Positions 29,980-42,126 of a stretch of DNA of 64,000 nt are shown piece by piece. How positions within the stretch are numbered: position 1 is the stretch's first letter; every line of letters begins with the position of its first letter. A program made the position numbers and the translations under genes. A model generated the notes under the pieces. The model saw only the letters and a list, made by a program, of their open reading frames with translations. It was not told the origin of the DNA and made no database searches. Origin of the DNA: Ramazzottius varieornatus (Eukaryota; Animalia; Tardigrada); contig BDGG01000002.1 in NCBI GenBank assembly GCA_001949185.1, positions 7,926,448 to 7,990,447 of the forward strand. Direction: 5' to 3'.

Positions 29980-30541
29980 TTATCTCATACGCGGGCCCGA
30001 TGCAAATTCGTTAATCTTCTGCATGATGCTCTCCTTATTCATGTTGGAAAGAGGCACGGACGTTTCCGCTCCGTAACCTAAGAGGAAAAAGACTTCTTTG
30101 AGAATTCATACACGCGTATTCTTCTACAAGCCCACGAAGGAGCACCGGCGTCTCCAAGTGGCAAACGAAACTCGTACTAGAAGCACATGACGTCACAGCC
30201 TTTTGCGATCAGCAACGGACAGTCAACCGAGCAACTGCGACGCCATGAGCAAGTTGACGCGAAAAGTGGTAATGTACCATAACGAGCCCAAAGCCGTGGC
30301 TCAATTTCGCTGCATTCTCTCACAAGGATGGGTAACTCGGGATTCCGCTGCTTCAGAGGGACGTAGAAGCTCTCCATAAAATCCCTGCAATGCATCGAGC
30401 ACGTCAGGAGAACGGGGAGCGAAGCTGTGCCGTGAGTTGGGTAAGAAAAGCTCACCTTGCTCCTTGGCTTGACGGCGACTTCTGGCACATGTGTATCCTC
30501 AGTTCCTTCAGTCCTGCTCCCAGCGCTCTTATTCCCGCCAT
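29980..30541 (-). CDS. NDUFA2: NADH dehydrogenase subunit NDUFA2/B8 (3 exons)
   Basis: [19 protein letters not shown]|DF...[23 protein letters not shown]|[10 protein letters not shown]. Confidence 0.93.
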
Positions 30542-31488
30542 CCTTGGACAAGAGATACCTACTACTTGTCTCAAAACGGACTAAAGGAGTTAGTAAAGAC
30601 TGGAACTCTGCAGAATAAAAGGAAAGAATGAAATATATATTCATGAACACTGAACAGGAATCGCCAGGTCAAGGCTGTGCCGTGCTGCGTCAAACCGTTC
30701 ACGTGATAGTCGCTGCATATTCTTCAACGGCCCTAGCATGTGGTGGAGGGTTAAAGGGGTTTGCAAACTCCAGATGGGTTTAGTGGGCGATCAAGGCTGT
30801 GCCATATGTGAGCAATGTCCCACCCACCAGCCCACCCGTGCAACGAGCGTACGCACCAGGTGCGTGCAGCAGTGTGGACACAACACCCAGTCGACATTTG
30901 AAACGGTTTGGAAAGCCTTGTTCATATCACAGACTTGTGGATTTCAAATCAATCAGTTCGCGTTGTATGCATGAGCGCGTTGGATTGCACATGCAGGTGC
31001 ACGTCCTAGTGCGCTGATTTTATTTCAAGTAAGCTTCCCCAGCTTCCCCACGCACCGTCTCCATTTCCGGCTTCTCTGCCACCCGTCCCCCGAAAAACCA
31101 TTAACGGATTTACAGTTTGAACGGTCGATTTGCAATTTGCATAATGCTGCAGAAATATCAACCATTAATGTTGCAAAACTACCGCGTTGACAAACAAATG
31201 TCCCGTAGAAATTAGTATAATATCGAAGTGAGCTCTTCAGAACTCGAGCTTCTGCCCTGTTTAGATTCATATCTCAAATTCTCGGTTCAGTGTTGAGGCT
31301 TCGGGTCGTAATTAAAGCTGTGGTTTTCGCGCTGTTGCAAAACCGTTTTGATCAAAATGCGCTGTGCAGTTTCAGCCGAAATGGTATGTACTCCACCCTG
31401 CTTGTTTGTTCTTCGTAGACCAGGTCACTCGTGAACAATAAAAACTTCAGCTAACCTACAAGATCCTCGGCTTCCTTATCTCGCGGTT

Positions 31489-34259
31489 ATGCGCATTGAC
31501 CTACTGGGAAATAGGACCGACCTCCTGAGATATTCCAGCCTTTTCTTTCTTATCGCGGGGTGTGGTGTAACCCAAACAACGTTTCACGGTTTGTCCAGCC
31601 AGTATCCCCTGAAAAGCTATCAAAAATTAACGACCATCACCGAACAGATGACGCACCGGGCTCCGGTTGATGAAAACTTGATCAGAGCTCGCCATCGAGC
31701 ATTACACATGGCAAGGTTCGCAAACTACATCACAGAACAGAAGTAATTTGGCCAGTGCAAGTTACTTCTGGAAGGACCATTGTTGCGATCGGCGTTTTAT
31801 AATCGGGTGAAACCTCATAACTGCATAATGGGTTCGAACTGTTCGTGGATAATTACTCGCACAGAATGGAACGCCAGGCCACCCAAGAACGTCACTATGC
31901 TTGCGCTGCCTGGTCCCCACATTGTTCTGAGCCAGACGGCAATGTCGGAGAGCCTTACTTTTGATGTCTGTAGGGCGGAAGTTCGGAAGATTCAGAACCT
32001 GCACATGGACGGAGGGACGACAACGGGCGAAGTGTTTGACGACATTGCCATGAAGTACGGTTGGCTTCTTGCTCGTTTTTCCCAGCAATATTTGTTGATG
32101 CTCATAGTCCAGTTCTGATGATTGCATTATTGTAGCTTCCTTATCTGCGGTGATGGTACGGTTTTCGAGGGCCGGGGGTGGGCAAAAAGAGGCGCTCACC
32201 GACGAGAATGGAACGGCAAAAGTCACTCCATTTACTTCATGGGTGATTATCGTGAAACATCTGGTATGTTCTTGAGACTTGTAATTTATTGATGATACGT
32301 TCTGCAGTAGCAATGCTCTTTGTTGTAGACAGACTTCCTCCTCGAGCTGCTCTGGACGCGGCGAGAAGGCTTATTCAATGTGGTGTCGATAGTCATTTCG
32401 TCGAGCAGAACTACACCCTGTACGGAAGCTACCTCAATGCCGGCGTCCCTGTAGCGTGCCATTGCGGTCCTATTGACAGAGAATCGCCACCATGGAATCC
32501 CGTTACTCCCTTTGCAGCTTCTACCCCTAAGCCACAGGTTTCCATGACCGGCGATACCCGTAACGACAAGTATCTTTACGGAGTACTCGGAGGAGTTATC
32601 GGTTTTACCCTTGTGTGCCTCTTTTTCATGTGGCTCTGGAAACGACGCTCTGGAACGGTAAAACCATTGCGTCCGTTTCTCCCGTGACGACTGCTAAAAA
32701 TCTCAATAATCATGGACTGTTTCCCTGTACAGCGCTTCCTCGAGAAAAAGGTCCGGCTACAGTGTGCTTGGGCGTTGATCCGCTACGAAATACCACCCAA
32801 GCATGTTTGCTTGGTTGATCCACTCGCCGGTTGGTCATTCTTCTGTTGCTTGCGCGGGACGCATAAAATGCGTCTTTTGCTTTCCTACTGGTGGTCACAT
32901 GACTCATGAGATTGCTCGATGGTAACAGGTATCACGCGACCACCAGAAGGGAGCATCAATCAAACGCATTGCATAGAGCACACTCTGATTTTATTTTCAG
33001 GTCCAGACAAATACTTGGGCAAGGGTAATTTTGGTGTTGTTGTCAAAGGCCGGCTAGTAAACTGGAGAGTGTCGGAACTGCGGACAGATTCCACTTTGAT
33101 AAAGACTGCCACGGACCAGTTCGTTGCCATCAAGTTTTTGCCGGACCACAAGAAGAGCGAATGGACGATGAATAATTTCGCTCAAGAGATGGAGATGCTG
33201 ATGAAGGTTGGGAGACATGTCAACATCGTCAACTTCATCGGAGTCGTTCTCGTGGGTAAGTGTGCGAAAGGAGTCACCAAAATGCATACTTCATTTTGTG
33301 GAAATATCTCGTGTAGGTGAACCCATGATCGTTATGGAGTACTGTTCCCTTGGTTCTCTGGACAAGTTTCTCCGCAACCCCAACAATAACCGCCTCAATG
33401 GGCTGGACGCTACATTTGCCAAGTACGAATTCTTTGGCAGGCGCGAAGAGTACAGGCCAAGCTGTTGCGACCTCGACAGCCGCTACATGGTCATGGAACG
33501 AACCCCGGACACACAAATCATTGCCAGCGTCGACGATCTTATTCACTTTGGATACCAAATCTGTCGTGGAATGGATTTCGTGTTTTCCCGAAACATGATC
33601 CATCGCGACCTGGCAGCTCGTAATATTCTTCTCAATTCGGCCATGACAGTCAAGATAGCCGACTTCGGTATGGCTCGCGACAACTCGGAGTACGTTATGC
33701 AAAGCGACACCGTAAGTCGGCCAAACCGTCGATTTCTCACAATGTACATTTCTGGTATGGCGAGCGAAGTGTCCCTTATCTGCAGGTCGAGCTACCTCTG
33801 CGATGGCTTGCTCCTGAGTCCATAACGCGCCGCGGCTCGTATAACATCAAATCCGACGTTTGGTCTTTCGGTGTCACTTTGTGGGAGATCTTGTCGCTGG
33901 GTCGCACTCCATATGAGGAAGAGCTGCCCAAGCTGTACTCATCCGAGCAGCTCCGCACTTTCCTTGCGTCCAACGGGAGACTGCGACAGCCGATTCGAGC
34001 CTGTGATACGGTGTAAGAGGCTTCCGACAGCGCGAACCTGGCCACTTCTTATTGTCTGAAAGCTTTCTGCCGTAGATATGGGATTATGCAAAAGTGTTGG
34101 GCGAAGGAACCAACGGACCGACCTCTCTTTGCTGAATTGACTGCGGAACTTGGCCAACTCCTTCCGCCGCACATGCAACAGGTCTACCTCAAACTGGACG
34201 AGGAGAACAGCGCCTTCAACGAAAAACTCGACAAGGATTATTACTTGACGCACTTATAA
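31489..34259 (+). CDS. PGRP-ectodomain receptor tyrosine kinase (PGRP-TM-PTK); 5' exon uncertain
   Basis: Phase-compatible exons: about 31756-32054, 32136-32263, 32329-32657, 32733-32829, 33001-33255, 33317-33711, 33786-34012, 34076-34259. PGRP motifs [21 protein letters not shown] and FMGDY; [14 protein letters not shown] followed by KRR; kinase motifs [37 protein letters not shown] and CW..RP. Confidence 0.85.
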
Positions 34260-34517
34260 AGAGATTCCTGTTAGCGGTCTTTGTTGAATATCTCAGACTT
34301 TTGAGAAATAAAAACGGCGTTGAGTTAGCGACCTCAAGTCACAAGGCGAAGACCGAAGAAAACACTGGACAACGGAACTAATCGCAGCAAATCGAAATAA
34401 TGAAACGTAAACTCAACCTACAAGAATTAGGCACCGATCTTTAAGTAGCAAATCAAGAAAGCTAGAAGCTTGGTTTCCCATTAAAATAAAGAAAAGGGGC
34501 TCCTCTTGATAGATTTG

Positions 34518-37247
34518 TTAGGATTGTATTTTTTGACTGAAGGTACTGAGAATGTCCTTCGACTTTGGGTATTTTGCTTGAACAGAATTCCAGTCGACCG
34601 CTTGAGCATTGATATTGTGGGCAACCTGAGCGAAAAGGCACCAAAAATTACATGGTATTTTCCATGGTATGCTGTACCATGAAGCGAAGGAAGTGGTTAG
34701 TTTCAGCACCCTGGTTTCAGAATAATTGCGCACCTGTGTACTGACATCAGAGAAGTTTGCCAAGGCACCAAGCAGATGCTGGACTGCCGTATCTGTCAGG
34801 GGAGGTCCCGGCTGAGTCAGCAACTTTAGCAGCGTTGCGCTGATTTGCTCGGCCAGCTGGTCCGTGATTTCCGGGATGGACAAGTTATAGGCCAGCTTGA
34901 TGGCGGCCTCTTGCACCTCCTTCATCCCTTGTTTTCCTAAACTCCAAGTACAGAAGTGCGCGACCGTGTCAACGTTCGACGTCTTCTCGACGACGTCCTC
35001 TAAACTCCATTCAGTCTCGTCGCTCAACCAGCTAAACCCGGAAGTGGTGCTGCACGCGTTACACATCATCTTGATAGCTTCCAGCAGCTCTTCCGAGTCG
35101 GGACTTCGCTGTCTTCCTGGGATAAAATATAACCAGTGAAGTTGTTCATGGAGAAAAGATCGAGTGTATTTATTTACCGAGCATGATCAAGTATTCCAAG
35201 ATGGGATGTTCGGGACAGAACCGAAGCACGTTGATAGCGGAAGATGACTGCAGGAGGTACTGCAGCATCTTGACCGACAAGATCTTAATGTTGCTTTTCA
35301 GCTCCTCACTGACCAAGATGTCGCCTGAAACACAGAACGGTCTGTTCTTGGCATAATTACCTTCTGTTGTGGTTTAGACACACTTGAAGTTTGGTACTTA
35401 CTCAGAAAAGTAAAATGGTTCTTCGACATGCTGAGCAACGCATTGTTCTCGGACGTCGTAGCGAACTCGAAGATTTCGTCCAGCAGTTCGGCGTCTTCCG
35501 CAGGCATCATGGTGCCCAAACCTCGTTGAAGTTGAGCATACACCTCAGTAATCTGGAAAGCAGAGGATCACAATACCGGAAATTAAAGTGGTGGCGCCAC
35601 CAGTTTATACTGTATGACAGGGAGAACCTCGCGAACTGTGAAACGGTAAGAATTTCTTACATCGGATGTGGGAAACACCAAGGGTTTCTTGGCCTCTCCC
35701 CGAGGTGGTGGGGGTGATGACAGCATGTCATCTTCGCTGTCACTAGTGTCAGCATCCCGCGGCAGTCGGGGAGTGGCCCGCGGTAGTGGCGCGTTGACAG
35801 CGGCTTGGGCCGCGGCCATCAGCTCTTCCTCCTCGGCATCATATGCGGCACTCCGGGCTGAACTTGTTGATCCTGTAACGTATCACAGAGTTCATGAGAC
35901 TTCTTGGTCGGGAAGATCGTAAGAAGAAATTTGTAATACACGGGTGTTATCCCATTTCTAAGTTCGAGTACCATACAAGCAGTTAGGGGTTCCGGGACGG
36001 TAGGTTTTCACACGTTGTTTCGCGATTTTATGTAAACGATTTATGTACAACAGTGAAAAAAAGGCATGCTTGATGTTTAGTTCAAATTTCACGGGGGTAA
36101 GACAAAAAGCACTGTGACCGACGTGGGTCAAACCGGTTAGACAATACTCTGGAATATTCACCAAGAATGGTGGATCGTGCGTTTAGGCGATCTGTACGAA
36201 AAGAACTCGTAAAATGGTACTATGTTCACAGATTAGTGGTAGGAGGAAGCTGTGGGTTAACATGGTGTTAGTCTAGATCAGGCAGATGCGTCTGGTTGGA
36301 AGGGTTATGCGAGGATGGGCCACGGTTGGACGGGGGTGCATTTGGTGCCTCACCGAACTCTCGTGATGGATCAGTTCCCACGGGCGTGGCCGTTGCGGAG
36401 TTTGCTGCTTGGTCCAGCAGTAGCCGAATCTGCTGTCCCAGTGGTCTGGAACAGAAACTTAGGAAGATAGAAGTGGGTGACGGGAAGGCCGATGTGAGGG
36501 AAGAGAGCTTACGTTGATAACAGTTCGGATGGAAGGTCCGTGATGTACGAAGGGATGCTTTTCCCCGTGAGAAACTGAGCCATTTCGTTGGAGAAGGTGT
36601 TGCAGTTGTGATCCAACAGATGGTAACGGCTTCCTCTGAACACGAGCGAGATAAATGACAGCCAAGAAAACAAAATACAGTTATCCAACAAGAACCCACT
36701 TGAACGTTGTCATCGCCATCCCGTTCATCCAGTCTAAAAATAGCTCAAATGGGATGCCTGTCAAACCTAGATCCACAACTGTATCCGGAGGTCCCATCTG
36801 AAGCGTTCCCTGAAAAAGAAGATGTGCAAAGCTAAGATTGCCCAGATTGAATATTGCATGAATACCCAGATCTCCGGGAAGACTACGCCGTAACGAACGT
36901 AGATAACTTAACTATGGCAAGCCATACGGCGGGTACGTAAGCGCGTCAACTGGCACAGCAGAGCGCACCATTAAACCTCATCGTGGCTACGCACGATGAT
37001 CTCATCAGTACTTACTGGTGGACAGTTCTCGATCCCCATTCCTCCATAAAAATATTCCTTGTTGTAAGCTACGACTCCCGTGTGCCATACTCCGTCCAGA
37101 TGCTTACCTGTTAAAAGGCGAAACATGAGACAGCGGGCGAGCGGAGCAAATGGGAGCTGAGTAATTACCTAGCCACATCTGCGACAGCGCACGCGCCATT
37201 CCTTTCGACAAGTCATATATGTAAAGCTTCACCGGAGTCTCAGCCAT
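34518..37247 (-). CDS. DESI1: DESI1/PPPDE desumoylating isopeptidase with a C-terminal PUL/armadillo-like helical region (long form); short form stops at 36268
   Basis: [15 protein letters not shown] (catalytic His) and [12 protein letters not shown] (catalytic Cys). A donor at 36353 joins in phase to an exon starting at 35872 and on to helical exons ([16 protein letters not shown]). Confidence 0.82.
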
Positions 37248-37715
37248 TTCACTGTGATCCTTAAGAAGCAGTCGGTCCAAAGATCGGGATTGACAGATGG
37301 GCAAGAATCGACGAGAAGGAGGAAGACCACGCGAACGAAAAACAGGAACGAAAACTTTAATTTCCGTCGTATCGCTGTAGTACTGTACCTCGTACCTCTG
37401 GCTTGACCGTACTTGGTCAGTGCCCAAATCACTAAGCTTATCAGTGCCATGATACGGTGGTAAAGTACACTGGTGTACGCCGTACGGTGCTGCGCCTTCG
37501 CGGCACAAGTTTGATTGTTGGATTGTCCCAGTCCAGCTGTCCATCTGACTTGGCGCGGTCAGGCTGAGAAAAAAGTTGGAAACTGCGCCACCCAACCTCA
37601 GCAGCCAGAAAAACTCTCCCCTCTTGAAAAATCGGTTGTCCTGTTTATCGTTTTTTCTTCCCGCTCCAGAAAAACCATCAGGTGTATTCCTCTCTAGAAC
37701 CCAGAGCTCGTTCGG

Positions 37716-38246
37716 ATGTTCTCAGTGCTCGCGCGTGATACCGGAAAGGTAAGTTCATTCTGTCTATGGTTCAAAGGTTGGTTGAATGTGAAGAGGACGC
37801 AAAGATGTATTTGAGGATTGGGAAAACATTCAAAGTTGTTGGAATAAATTTTCCCGCTCAGTTCCAGCTAACCCTTTTGCTTTGTCTAGATGGCCCAAGA
37901 AGTCCCTCAGCAAAACGCAGCGCTTCCGGAACTTATGATCAATCCTATACGCTTTCAGCGATTGGTGAGAGAGATCACAGAACAGTATGGAGAATTTTGC
38001 TTTCAAAGCACCGCAGTGCACCTTTTACAGGTATCCAGAGTTCTAGAAAGACTAGCGAGCTGACACACGGGCTACGTTAATCAAATGTGACTCTCGGTAT
38101 CGTTGCAGACTGCGTCGGAGGATTATGTCAAGGAAGTCTACCAAGAAGGAGCGGCTAACTGCGAGGCTGCAGGCCGAGACACTCTTCAGCCACAAGACAT
38201 GGCAGTACGGCGTTCGGTCCTACATTTCTACCTCGCCGATGTCTGA
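37716..38246 (+). CDS. Divergent tailless histone H3-fold protein
   Basis: Exons 37716-37748, 37890-38030 and 38109-38246 give ..PELMINPIRFQRLVREITEQYGEFCFQSTAVHLLQ|TASEDYVKEVYQEGAANCEAAGRDTLQPQDM.., which aligns by eye to the H3 core. Not shown in the ORF track. Confidence 0.75.
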
Positions 38247-38996
38247 TGGAGCTCTTTCGTGATGCACGTTGTTCGTCTTTTGTAGGCTGGCGTCCAGCGA
38301 GTGTCACAGGGATGAGATACGAACTTGGATTCTGGTGAAATGAACGACAGCGGATGATAAACATTCCCTGCGGACGATTAGTTTCTCCGCGATCTTGCTG
38401 AATCTCTGATTTTCTATTGACGGATCAATGAGCTCTTATTCCTAATGGATTTTTTACCGACTGAGTAAGTGACCAACACGGTGTTGTGCTCGGTGTGAGA
38501 ATAAAGGACTGCGTTTTCCTTTTCGACGGATATTTTCTGACGTATGAGGCTTCCTTGTCGATAGTGGAATGCCACCCGTAAACTCACCGTAAACTGTTAT
38601 CCGTTTTACACGTCTCGTGATCTCACTCGAGCCTCTAGTTTGATATGAGTTTGATTGTCAAAGTCAATATACAGTCGATCACGGGAGAAGAATCGCGCTC
38701 GAAACGGAAGGCGGAAGTAATGAACTGCGAATTTGAAACAGAATTTCCAAGTGACTTTCTAGATTTTCTCAGGTGCTGTAGTAGTTACGCACGGCTTTTG
38801 TTTGAATGTAATTAGACAATGGAATAAGCGAGGGCTGGCAATTCAATCACACAACTGTGTTTGGCACGGCACGGCACGGCAGCAGTGCGAAGCTTCCTCC
38901 TTGCGTTCGATCTTCTACTCCGTCAAGTCCCTCAAGAACTTTCCACATCGGCCGACATCTTCCAGTCCTTTTCTAAATCTCAAAACACTGCGTCAC

Positions 38997-40600
38997 TCAC
39001 ATAACTTCGCCCGAAAGTATCTTCCAACAGCTGTTTACGAAGAGCGAGCTCTTTGACTCTTCCGCTGAGCGAACTGCACTGCGTTCAGACGAACTCTTCG
39101 GCGCTGCGCTCTTTTCGTCTATAACGGTATAAGTTACGTGATCAAGAAAATGATGTACGAAATAGTTTACCACTGGCTCTCCAAATGAATACCTTCAACG
39201 GGGAGCTTCTCTATCCATCGACTAGCAATTTTGAACGGAATCTGTAAGGCTCGGACCACAACGTGGAGCTACAAAAGAGCTCAGATTACTGCCGAATTCG
39301 ATACAACTTCAAGCGAAACTAGCACTTCTGCCATGTGCACGATCTCTCAAGCATAACTTACCGAAGCGAAAACGAAATAGAATGTCATGATGGTTGGCAA
39401 AAGGAACACGAAGACCATCATGATAAGCGAGCCGACGAAAAGTTGATCCACCGAACTGCTGACATGGTCCACTCGTTCCCGAAGTGGATTCCACTTTTTG
39501 CCGCGGAAGAAACGACCGAGAGATACCAGCCCACGCAGCTGTATGTTGAACAACCTGCAACAGAGACGCTACAGAATGGCTATTACCAGACGCGTAAAAA
39601 ATAAACGGGGAGAGTACCTGGCCATGTAGATGTAAAAACAGTGGACGTGGACGGTGAACAAGGAAATGCAGTCCGCTATCAGCGCCGAATGAAACGACAC
39701 TCCTAGAAGCCCGAAAGAGCACAGCAGCGAATCGTGTCCTTCCAAAAAGCTTGTGAGATATACAATGTACACTGCAATGTAAGTAAAGTTAAGCCTGTTG
39801 CGCTTTCACGAAACCAAACGTCCAGTGATCACCGCAAATAGCTACTTCCGGTCGAAACTTACTGGACCAACAGACACGCTTGACGTCACGGTGACAAAAA
39901 ACGTCATCGTCCACTTCGACGATTTTCATCCTCTAAGAACAGTCTTTCAGAAAAACTGTCCTTAAAGACTCTCTCACTGCGCTTCGCAATTATAACCATG
40001 CTTCGTCTTCCCGGTGCACAAAACGTACTTTGCCACAGGGAAATATGATGTTTGAAGAACGCTCCCAACGTGTGAGCTAACTCCTTGTTGAGTTTTAGAC
40101 CGGCAGGATTATTCATCAGCCAGTCGATCACTCCAGTCAGGTTGAACACTCCACTCTGCGGAAGAAACCAAGGGAAATTCTGACTTGTCCCCGTTTGTGC
40201 ATGTGCGCGGAAATAGTACTACCTTACCCGCAACATCTGAAGGCACGAGCCCAGAAGATTATTGCAATGGATACCACCGTCTTGCATGATCCACGAAACC
40301 AAACACCTCCCCAGGACCAGATCGAGGATCAGGCAGCAGCCTTTCCATGCCGATCCTCCAAATAACGGCTTGCCGCTCGATCCTACCGATGCGGACTTTG
40401 GGACAGATGGCTTGGGTTTTCCAAAGTACCGAGATAAGTTCCAGAAAAAACAGCAGCGAGAAGCCAGGACACGAACGACTTCGGAGATGTTGAGGATTTT
40501 CTGCCAGTCAAGTCGATGTCGCCACCTCACTTCCCAACTGTCCATCGCATTATCCTCTGCTTCTTCCGTCATCCCTACGCGCTTCCGTATGATCCTTGAC
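38997..40600 (-). CDS. PIGQ: GPI-GlcNAc transferase subunit Q (PIG-Q/Gpi1); 5' end not resolved
   Basis: DWLMNNPAGLKLNKEL, TVHVHCFYIYMAR, RFFRGKKWNPLRERVD, DQLFVGSL..FLLPT and a C-terminal LSGEVM*. Confidence 0.9.
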
Positions 40601-42126
40601 CCCCGCTAAGTGTGCCGACTTATAAGATGAAAAATACGCTTCCGACTTCAAAGTCCACAACAATCGATATCACTTTTCGATACAATGGCATAATCAGAGT
40701 GATGGCATAATGCTGTCCTTGTTGTGGATCAATCAATGCAACATTAGGTAAACCCAGTCAACCTACCTGACTGCTGTAATGCACGGCGATCTGTCTATGC
40801 GCCCAAAAACGTTACGCACCAGCAACGCAGGGCGCGCTCTGCAAAATACTCTTTCGGTATCTACGTGCAAGTCATGTAGAACTATGAAGCTGTGCACGGC
40901 TCTGAAGAGGGGGTTTGAGGGGTTCAAAAACGCTGAAACAACGCTGCCTTGATTGGATGAATACAGGCAGAACTTTGACTGATCAAATTTGGAGCATTCG
41001 GTTTCTGACTTGTGTTTTCATTTTTTCCGCACTTGATTTTCTCCTAGCTCCTTCGCATCTTTCTTTAACCCCGAATCTTGGCTACGAAAAATGATCTTCC
41101 ACTTGCGACACATTGTCACAGAATATTCTGGTGTGTCACCGGATTATTTATTTTACAGGGCAGCGGACTATGGCTTTCGGCAGTGTTTTCGACAGAAGGA
41201 CCCATTCGAACTCTACCGCGGTCAGTCGACCTTAAAATAAATACCCCGCGTTAGTCCTCCTGGCTGACAAGAGAAATGCAAACATGGTACCCGGGTGATA
41301 TACTGACTATTGACAGCGGCAGACACTGATCGAGATCAGAGCTGGCAACTTCTTCGTATGAACGCGCTTGAGAACTTCCTCGCAGCGATACACAAACGGA
41401 CCGGAGGCAACCTCAAGCATAGATTCTCACTTAAGCTCGCAAATGCGGACGCTGACAGCAGTCCACTACAGCTACGGCGTCTCCTCTACGCCTCCTGAAT
41501 CTCCTTAGTCCTCGGGTACCTCTACTGGCTCGGCACTGTCTGCATCCAGAGAGTTCGTAACATTATTAGAGCCTATGATTGTCTCGAAGGCAAGACGAAT
41601 TTATTTGCAAGCAAGGTAAGGTTCTCGCATTGTGTTCCGAACTGTCTCGGTATTCTCCTGAACGGCTTCGCTTCGATCAAAACAATGCGGATCAAGTAAA
41701 AGGTTCCCTTGATCACCAGATAACAATTACGAAACGGCGGCAAAGTTCAGTACCCAAAAGGTGCCGACACCAGGACGTCACCGAAAGTACAGTACTTACC
41801 CGCACCTAGGTGGCGCATTCGAATTTTCGAGCAATGCTCTGAGCCGATTTTCTTGCCATTTGTTCACAGGTTTGAGTCGTTGTTTTCAACCGGAAACTGG
41901 AAGTTTCTCAGGTAACCACGGGAAATGAATCAGCAAAGGTGTGCGGTTACCTCCATTGTACCGTTCAACTGAGAAAAATTCCGGTTACACTCTTCTCCGT
42001 TACTATCTCGGTGAGTCTACCACGCACAACCTTCCTGAGCGGAAGTTCAACCGAACTAATAGCATAGTTCGTGCAAGCTGACCAGCTCTCTACTTTGGTT
42101 CTCTACGTCGGAAGCTTTGGCGGGAG

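Noticed and set aside
31828-32450. Recent bacterial or phage horizontal transfer of an amidase
   Set aside because: The domain has spliceosomal introns and animal PGRP motifs (R.EW.ARPP, EGRGW, LIQCGV).
37890-38246. CenH3/CENP-A assignment for the H3-like gene
   Set aside because: Loop 1 is shorter rather than longer, Q68 and F84 are retained, and there is no N-terminal tail.
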